The notes beneath the pieces are model-generated. The model worked only from the letters and a program-made list of their open reading frames with translations. It was not told the origin of the DNA and searched no databases. Below, in pieces: positions 42,030 through 48,019 of a DNA stretch of 48,019 nt. Where the stretch lies: IMG/VR virus record IMGVR_UViG_3300027976_000058, one strand, 5' to 3'. Source of the DNA: a virus. The position numbers and the translations under genes were made by a program. How positions within the stretch are numbered: the stretch's first letter is position 1; every line of letters starts with the position of its first letter.

Positions 42030-44281
42030 GTACTTTCTTTGATAATACTGAAACTCCAAAAATTGTTGTCGGAACTCAGACGATTGTTGTCGATCCAGCA
42101 ACTGGTTCTACACATATGCTTGGTTCTGGCCTTGTAGGGCCGCGTGGGTTTTCGGGTGATGTAGGAACCGGCAGTGGTACTAGCGACCATGGCGCACTTA
42201 CTGGTAGAAACGACGACGATCACACGCAGTATCATACCGATGCTCGTGGTGACGCTCGCTACTCTCTGGTGGAACATGCCCATCCCGAGTACGCAGACTT
42301 TATCTACTCGTTTGGATTTCACGATGATCTTGCTCCAGCAGGAGGGGTCTACAATATTGATGAGACGATTACACTGAACTTTATGGCGGACTTTGGTATT
42401 TCCCCGTCAACGACTCTGAAAATCCTTGTTGATGGGTCACCAAATTCCAGTTACGACAAGGGCTACATCTACACGACAACGGCCAATCCGGTTGATGACA
42501 CATGGATTATAGTCCCTATTAACACTCCATTCAGCTTTACCAATGTTGGAAAGATTGTTAGCATAGGCTTCGACTTTGGCATCCAAGACGCTATACTCGG
42601 CATGGTTATCTATAACGGATCTTTCAGCATTAAAAATGTTTCCTGGGCAACAAATGATACTGGCGATTACCAAATCGACGTGCGTGAGTCGGCGCAAGAA
42701 TACCTCCGTGCCGATTGGGAGGAGCGAACTGCCCCGCTAATGACGACAAATCCGACGCCTGCAGTCACTTCTAGTGACTATTCAGCAGCATGGAACATCA
42801 CCGATGGGTCCTCTCGTGGAACGCTTCGACATATGCCGAATGGTATTGACATCCAGTGGTTCGGCAAAGTCAAGCGCCCGTGGACAGACCAAGAACTTGT
42901 CGACGCCGGGCAACCGGATACCGTTTGGCCGTTCCAAAGGTTCTACGAACTGTTCACACTAACAAGACCCAGCATCCAAAACGATTGGTGGGAATGGGCT
43001 CGCCACAACAACGATTTCTCTAACACCGGTGGGCGGGCCTCCTACTTCTTGGAAAACACCCTTCCTGGATCACCAGCAGAAGAATCGCACAGCATCAGCT
43101 GGGACACTGGAGTTGAGGTTGGGCAACCCGAGCGTGCTCGACTGACACTAGACACACTAAATTCCACGGTCACGCTTTGGAATTGGGTACCTTATGATAA
43201 CGACGATCCATCGCTTGACCAATGTCCTCGTGGCCTGTGGTGGAAGCCAGTGTTCAGTGACATCGACGATGCGTGGGGTGCTATGCCAAACCCAGAAGTA
43301 GAGTTTGTTCCAGCTAGCCCAGCAATGGGATATACCGAGGGTGACCCAGAAGTTATCATTCCATGGCACATTGGAATCCAAGCATCCCTTGAGATTGCAG
43401 AGTTTTTTGTCTATGAGTTTGGTAACACCACTCCAGAACTCCAGATCGATGGCGACTGCCTTGCCGCCGTGGGCGAAGGTGCAACTACATTCCTCGACAG
43501 CACTGGGGTTTTCACTGTTGCAACTACCAATGCGTACATAATCAAAGGTCCAGCCTCTCACTACGAACCTGCTGATGGTGCTGATGGTGCTGATGGTGCT
43601 GACGGTGCTGTTGGTGCTGACGGTGCTGATGGTGCTGATGGTGCTGTTGGTGCTGATGGTGCTGATGGTGCTGACGGTGCTGTTGGTGCTGACGGTGCTG
43701 TTGGTGCGCCTGTATACACAAAAGCGCTTCCGACATCAGAGTTGGCGTACTCAAACCTCGGCGCTTCTCATGGAAACAGCAGCACCTTAAGCGGAATGAC
43801 AGCTATAAATCGTAGAGTCTGGGTTCCAATTTATGTTCGTAGCGACTCCTTCACACGCATAAGCGTCAACGTAGTCACCGGAGCGGTGTCGACGTGGCAA
43901 TTGGGACTCCACGCGGATGACGGCGGGTGGCCTGCGTCAGAACTTATCTCCGACTACGGAACTATCGATATGAGTGGAGCGGCAGGGTTCCGAACTATCA
44001 ACATCAGCGAAGTTCTCGCTACTGGTTGGTACTGGGCACAGATGCAAGTAAATGCCTACACGTCGACACCAACCGTGACCGGAGTGTTGGCTCAGTCAAA
44101 TAGCCCTGCCCAAATGCCCCTTGGTATCCCGACTCAACGCTCTAGTTTTAATCGAGGAACCGCTGCAGTTGGAGATACGGCAGGAACTGGTAGTGCATTG
44201 ACTGTTGCTCCCAATAGCCTTGCTGTTGCTGGGGTTGGGTTAAACGCTGAAGCTCCAAGAGTGTGGTTATGGAGGCCATAA
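42026..44281 (+). CDS. tail fibre protein with collagen-like Gly-X-Y segments
   Basis: 751 aa. Contains GLVGPRGFSGDVGTGSG and a 45-residue (GAD)n/(GAV) run at 43571..43706. Confidence 0.75.
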   Translation: MSTFFDNTETPKIVVGTQTIVVDPATGSTHMLGSGLVGPRGFSGDVGTGSGTSDHGALTGRNDDDHTQYHTDARGDARYSLVEHAHPEYADFIYSFGFHDDLAPAGGVYNIDETITLNFMADFGISPSTTLKILVDGSPNSSYDKGYIYTTTANPVDDTWIIVPINTPFSFTNVGKIVSIGFDFGIQDAILGMVIYNGSFSIKNVSWATNDTGDYQIDVRESAQEYLRADWEERTAPLMTTNPTPAVTSSDYSAAWNITDGSSRGTLRHMPNGIDIQWFGKVKRPWTDQELVDAGQPDTVWPFQRFYELFTLTRPSIQNDWWEWARHNNDFSNTGGRASYFLENTLPGSPAEESHSISWDTGVEVGQPERARLTLDTLNSTVTLWNWVPYDNDDPSLDQCPRGLWWKPVFSDIDDAWGAMPNPEVEFVPASPAMGYTEGDPEVIIPWHIGIQASLEIAEFFVYEFGNTTPELQIDGDCLAAVGEGATTFLDSTGVFTVATTNAYIIKGPASHYEPADGADGADGADGAVGADGADGADGAVGADGADGADGAVGADGAVGAPVYTKALPTSELAYSNLGASHGNSSTLSGMTAINRRVWVPIYVRSDSFTRISVNVVTGAVSTWQLGLHADDGGWPASELISDYGTIDMSGAAGFRTINISEVLATGWYWAQMQVNAYTSTPTVTGVLAQSNSPAQMPLGIPTQRSSFNRGTAAVGDTAGTGSALTVAPNSLAVAGVGLNAEAPRVWLWRP
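43571..43706 (+). repeat. 9-bp (ggtgctgay/ggtgctgtt) tandem array encoding GAD/GAV collagen-like triplets
   Basis: Direct reading. Confidence 0.9.
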
Positions 44282-44310
44282 AAAATCGTACAATTTAGTT
44301 AGGAGAAAGT

Positions 44311-44727
44311 ATGCCAATTCCACCAGATGACGTAGATGTTGGTGATGGCTTTCATGTAAACCATCACCGAGACTTTTCTACAGTCCTACAAGGACACAGA
44401 GATAGGATTAGTATTTCTGAAAGTACATTAACCAGCCACGAGCCAAGGATTACGGCAGTTGAATCATTAGCTAACAGCCTTAATACCCAGTCTGGTAATA
44501 ATATTGTAAATGCATATCTTCATGTTGATGGGACAACATTAGTTCTTGTACAAAAAAACGGGACTGAAATACCGTTTCCAAATACTGCGGGTGCTGATGG
44601 TGCTGATGGTGCTGATGGTGCTGATGGTGCTGTTGGGATAGATGGAGATGGAATTGTGTTTCTAGACGCGGCAGAATCTTCGGCCGGTCTTCCCGACGGA
44701 ACAAAGATTTGTAGGCGATATCCATGA
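44311..44727 (+). CDS. tail fibre-associated protein with collagen-like repeat
   Basis: 138 aa with RBS TAGGAGAAAG. Contains GADGADGADGADGAVGIDGDG. Confidence 0.6.
   Translation: MPIPPDDVDVGDGFHVNHHRDFSTVLQGHRDRISISESTLTSHEPRITAVESLANSLNTQSGNNIVNAYLHVDGTTLVLVQKNGTEIPFPNTAGADGADGADGADGAVGIDGDGIVFLDAAESSAGLPDGTKICRRYP
44590..44655 (+). repeat. second GAD collagen-like 9-bp array, same DNA unit as 43571..43706
   Basis: Direct reading. Confidence 0.9.
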
Positions 44728-46658
44728 CAAAACTTCTTGGACTTCACCCAGAAGGTGGGTCTGATGGGTTGGTATTTCTTTACCCAGGATCATCTCTTTC
44801 AAGATGTCCAAATCCGGTAGAAGGATATCAAACTAATCCGACGGTTAATGGTTTTATTGGTTCAACAAAAGTAATCCTTGGAAGTAACCCTCGGGGCTAT
44901 CCCGCAAAGAGAAACCCAATGCATCGTGGAATGTTCTACAACGACTATATTGGTAGGGCTGTTTCTGCAAGAAATTATTGGAAGCTTGGTTCATTTCCAA
45001 ATGCCAGCCGGGCCATGCCGATCGACACATATTCGTGTCGCTTTTATCACACTCCAAGAAATAACGATCTTACTGCGTTTACAGGTAATGATTCTTTCCC
45101 ACACCTAATTACCTTTATGTTGGCTAATGGCATGGACTACATTAACAATAGCACAACTGATCGTTTTAGCATGATGCTAAGTAATGTAACAACGGATGGG
45201 GTTTACAATTTTCGAGATCGTCCATTTGTAAAGCATAACACCAACACTACATTATTTAGCATTGCGCCAGTTGGAAAACAAATGAACGCCATTAAAACTT
45301 GGAGAGTTCAAATCCAAGTTAAACCAACAGCATCTCCCTATAAAGTAGTAATTAAAATCTGGGAACTTGACAATATCGGCACACCATGGTACACTATGGA
45401 ATGTAATCCAACAAATGTATCCATGAATACAATCATGCTTGGTAGGCATACTGGAAAGTGTGGTGCTGGCTATTTAACAGATCAGTGGATCGGCGATCTT
45501 GAGATTTGGGACACCTACAATCTTGATGGACAAGCAGATCTACCATATGATCCACCAAAACCCAAATTCTTTGAGATTGTTAATGGGATTGAAGAACCAG
45601 TAATTGAAGAAGGAATAATGTCTGGGGGATCTGTCAATACGGTTGATAAAGAAAATTGGACTGAGGGTGTAAACAATCGAGAGTATGTTTACGATGCATC
45701 CAACTTTGTCTATGTTAATCAAATTTTCTATGATAATCCAAGTCGCTCCGCCAGAGTTGGTTCTCTATGGTATCCATCAAGAACGGCTCCACCAGATGGT
45801 TGGAAGACTATCATTCTTGTCCATGGTGGGTTCTTCTCAGCAGGAACAAGACATTTTGTTGGGCAAGAAAATCCATTGTGGATGATTAAATGGTTGTTAA
45901 AACTTGGTTATGCGGTCTTTAGTGTGGATTACATTTATGCGTGGTATTTATCTCTATATGACATCGCAAAGCCTGCATGGCCCGAACAAGGATCTGGTCT
46001 TTATCCAAGCTTTATTGTTGACATAAAACTTGCCCTTCTTTGGCTTGAAGAACAGTCAACATATCCTTTAGATGGCGTAAATAAAATGGTCTGTGGACAC
46101 TCGGCAGGTTCTTACCTAGCTCATGCTGCAGCTATTAGTCGAGATTTGAATAATCATGAAGGAAAAGATTTAACTGTTAATAGCAGTTGGGGTTATCGAA
46201 CGGCCACAGCTGACCCGTCTGTTCTTGGAGTGTACGGGTGGGCAACGCCAACCGACATGCAATGGGCTTATGACAATGATATTACGCACCCTGAGTTTGG
46301 GCCTAAGTATGACTACAATAAAGGCGCTTTAAAAGTCACAGCCAATCTTTTCTTTGGAAAAGATTATTCATACAATCTAACTAGCGCAGATTCAATTGGT
46401 TCAAGTCTTGCTGAAATGGTTTTGGTACAAGATCTAGCAAAGATTCCTCCAGTTGGTCTTGCTCACGGTAGGTTTGATGGGGTTGTTTCTCCTGAGCATA
46501 TATCTCTATATAAGGATGCGTTAAATATACGCCTTACTAATGGGTATGATGTTGGCAATAGTATTTTAACAAATAGAGATCATGATACGCCGTTTACCCA
46601 CATGCCTGAGCAACACTTCAAAAACTTCTTAGAATCTATTGGTATGCCTGGTGGTTGA
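44724..46658 (+). CDS. tail-module protein with a C-terminal alpha/beta-hydrolase (esterase/lipase) domain
   Basis: 644 aa. Oxyanion-hole-type VHGGFFSAG (about 45819) and nucleophile elbow GHSAGS (46095..46109). Confidence 0.6.
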   Translation: MTKLLGLHPEGGSDGLVFLYPGSSLSRCPNPVEGYQTNPTVNGFIGSTKVILGSNPRGYPAKRNPMHRGMFYNDYIGRAVSARNYWKLGSFPNASRAMPIDTYSCRFYHTPRNNDLTAFTGNDSFPHLITFMLANGMDYINNSTTDRFSMMLSNVTTDGVYNFRDRPFVKHNTNTTLFSIAPVGKQMNAIKTWRVQIQVKPTASPYKVVIKIWELDNIGTPWYTMECNPTNVSMNTIMLGRHTGKCGAGYLTDQWIGDLEIWDTYNLDGQADLPYDPPKPKFFEIVNGIEEPVIEEGIMSGGSVNTVDKENWTEGVNNREYVYDASNFVYVNQIFYDNPSRSARVGSLWYPSRTAPPDGWKTIILVHGGFFSAGTRHFVGQENPLWMIKWLLKLGYAVFSVDYIYAWYLSLYDIAKPAWPEQGSGLYPSFIVDIKLALLWLEEQSTYPLDGVNKMVCGHSAGSYLAHAAAISRDLNNHEGKDLTVNSSWGYRTATADPSVLGVYGWATPTDMQWAYDNDITHPEFGPKYDYNKGALKVTANLFFGKDYSYNLTSADSIGSSLAEMVLVQDLAKIPPVGLAHGRFDGVVSPEHISLYKDALNIRLTNGYDVGNSILTNRDHDTPFTHMPEQHFKNFLESIGMPGG

Positions 46659-47061
46659 CAAAACTTACTCCGAACTAAGTCGAATTGAAACCTTTGATGA
46701 TCGGTTTGAGTATCTCAAACTCTTTGGTGGAGTTGGTAAATCAACCTTCGGATTTGACCGCCATTTAAATCAACAGTTTTACAGATCTGTGGAATGGCGG
46801 TATATTAGAGATCATGTAATTGTTAGAGACAATGGGTGTGACTTAGGTGTCGAGGGTTATGAAATTAATGCTAAAATTATGATTCACCACATTAATCCAA
46901 TAGCCGTTGACGACATTATTCATCGATCGGACTGGATCACAGATCCAGAGTACCTAATAACCACAACACACAATACCCATAACGCCATTCACTATGGAGA
47001 TAAAAGTTTATTAGTGCACCCAAATAAACCACGAACGCCTGGAGATACCAAGCTTTGGTAA
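46639..47061 (+). CDS. HNH endonuclease (packaging-associated type)
   Basis: Contains MIHHINPI...THNTHNAIH. The start is uncertain (TTG 46639 or GTG 46651). Confidence 0.7.
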   Translation: MVCLVVDKTYSELSRIETFDDRFEYLKLFGGVGKSTFGFDRHLNQQFYRSVEWRYIRDHVIVRDNGCDLGVEGYEINAKIMIHHINPIAVDDIIHRSDWITDPEYLITTTHNTHNAIHYGDKSLLVHPNKPRTPGDTKLW

Positions 47062-47080
47062 CTAGAAAGGAGGTCGACTA

Positions 47081-47446
47081 ATGGATGATAGCATTCTTAT
47101 TAGTACAAAAAAGATTCTTGGTCTAGGCGAAGCTTATACACCATTTGATCCAGACATCATAACACATATAAACGCAATATTCTCAACTCTTAATCAGATT
47201 GGTATCGGACCAATCGAAGGGTTCTTTATAGTGGATGAAACTGCAGTATGGACCGACTTTGATGTCTCTTCTGTACAGATCAACATGATCAAGACGTACA
47301 GTTACCTTAAAGTAAGAAGTCTGTTTGACCCACCAACAACTGGGTTCCTTATTGAAGCAACTAACAAACAGATTCAAGAGTATGAATGGCGCCTAAGTAC
47401 TTTTCGTGAAGAAGAAGTTATTGCAGCAACGGAGGTAATCCTATGA
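47081..47446 (+). CDS. gp6-like head-tail connector / DNA-packaging protein
   Basis: 121 aa with RBS AAAGGAGG. The pattern is by-eye only. Confidence 0.4.
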   Translation: MDDSILISTKKILGLGEAYTPFDPDIITHINAIFSTLNQIGIGPIEGFFIVDETAVWTDFDVSSVQINMIKTYSYLKVRSLFDPPTTGFLIEATNKQIQEYEWRLSTFREEEVIAATEVIL

Positions 47447-47754
47447 CGGTAACTACAAACGAATTTCTTGAGAATTACGATGTACAAGGACAAGAGTTAA
47501 ATGTTAGTCGAAAAGGTTGGTCTAAAGAGATGGTAGTCAAAGCGAACGCTGGAGAAGAAAAAACCAAAGAAGTTCTAAAACAAAATGGTACTGTATTTGT
47601 TAACGAAGCTTCCACTAAGAAGTTTTCTTCTATAGGAAACAAGATTGCAAATAGCATCATCAATACTGTTGGCAACACTACGGCGGCACGTCTTTTCTCA
47701 ACTGTGGTAGAGAACGAAACAAACACGGATGGAGAAGCTGTCATCTTGCTATAA
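47443..47754 (+). CDS. hypothetical protein
   Basis: 103 aa. ATGA overlap with the upstream gene. Confidence 0.55.
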   Translation: MTVTTNEFLENYDVQGQELNVSRKGWSKEMVVKANAGEEKTKEVLKQNGTVFVNEASTKKFSSIGNKIANSIINTVGNTTAARLFSTVVENETNTDGEAVILL

Positions 47755-47803
47755 GACCGTACTAATTAATAAAACCAAAAGCTCAACTATGTTAGGAGGT
47801 AAA

Positions 47804-48019
47804 ATGCCAGAAACTAGTAAACCAAAAATCGATAACTTTCTTGAGCATTATGGTATAAAAGGACAGCGGTGGGGTGTTCGTCGAAAAAGCGGATCGTCCG
47901 GCAGTAGTTCTTCTGGAAAAGATAATAAGAAAGGCGAATCGTCCGGCAGTAGTTCTTCTGGAAAAGATAATAAGAAAGGCGAATCGTCCGGCAGTAGTTC
48001 TTCTGGAAAAGATAATAAG
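47804..48019 (+). CDS. 5' part of the wrap-around repeat protein (continues at base 1, or at base 124 if the ends overlap)
   Basis: ATG follows TAGGAGGTAAA. Sequence is MPETSKPKIDNFLEHYGIKGQRWGVRRKSGS followed by SGSSSSGKDNKKGES repeats. There is no stop before the window end. Confidence 0.6.
   Translation, partial: MPETSKPKIDNFLEHYGIKGQRWGVRRKSGSSGSSSSGKDNKKGESSGSSSSGKDNKKGESSGSSSSGKDNK
47897..48019 (+). repeat. 45-bp tandem repeat, 2.7 copies, identical to 1..123
   Basis: Direct comparison of the two window ends. Confidence 0.95.

Noticed and set aside
43542-43790. A His/Gln-rich minus-strand ORF and a Leu/Val/Met-rich + strand ORF over the fibre repeat. Also 44480..44747 on the minus strand.
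   Set aside because: These are alternative-frame readings of the 9-bp GAD repeat. The collagen-like frame is continuous with the long fibre ORFs.

Overview
The window appears to be a complete, unidirectionally coded genome of a tailed dsDNA phage, siphovirus-like, with a Gram-positive-type lysin and strong AAGGAGG ribosome-binding sites. The last 123 bp (47897..48019) are identical to the first 123 bp (1..123). The junction lies inside a 45-bp in-frame tandem repeat of one gene, so the contig is circular or terminally overlapping. All credible genes are on the + strand. I did not recognise any tRNA, rRNA, CRISPR array, integrase or repressor.

Modules:
- Late/structural unit, about 41374 -> wrap -> 17934. 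It contains an Arg-rich DNA-binding protein, collagen-like tail fibres, a tail-module alpha/beta-hydrolase, an HNH endonuclease, connector proteins, TerL, portal, a prohead-protease/major-capsid fusion, two paralogous tail-tube-like proteins, a tail-collar fibre, the tape measure, Dit, a Gp37-like tail protein and small holin-like membrane proteins. It closes with a strong terminator at 17955..18009.
- Early/unknown genes, 18.1-22.5 kb.
- Replication, 22995..35734. It includes a 1253-aa SF3-helicase / prim-pol / family-B polymerase fusion, an SF2 helicase and two PD-(D/E)XK nucleases.
- A 3.3-kb array of monocistronic mini-gene cassettes, 29.1-32.4 kb.
- 35756..41279: an 893-aa protein with a beta-prime-like ...RYPHGG...SGADFDGD... 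signature flanked by HTH modules, which I read as a YonO/crAss-gp66/RDR-like single-subunit RNA polymerase; a 2H phosphoesterase; an amidase endolysin; and an unknown 304-aa protein.

The most interesting signal is the combination of this candidate non-canonical RNAP with 14 copies of a 29-nt promoter-like element (TCGCAN-N4-TACAAYGCYTATAATGAGA), each paired with a stereotyped hairpin terminator. All functional calls come from motif recognition by eye. No database search was run.
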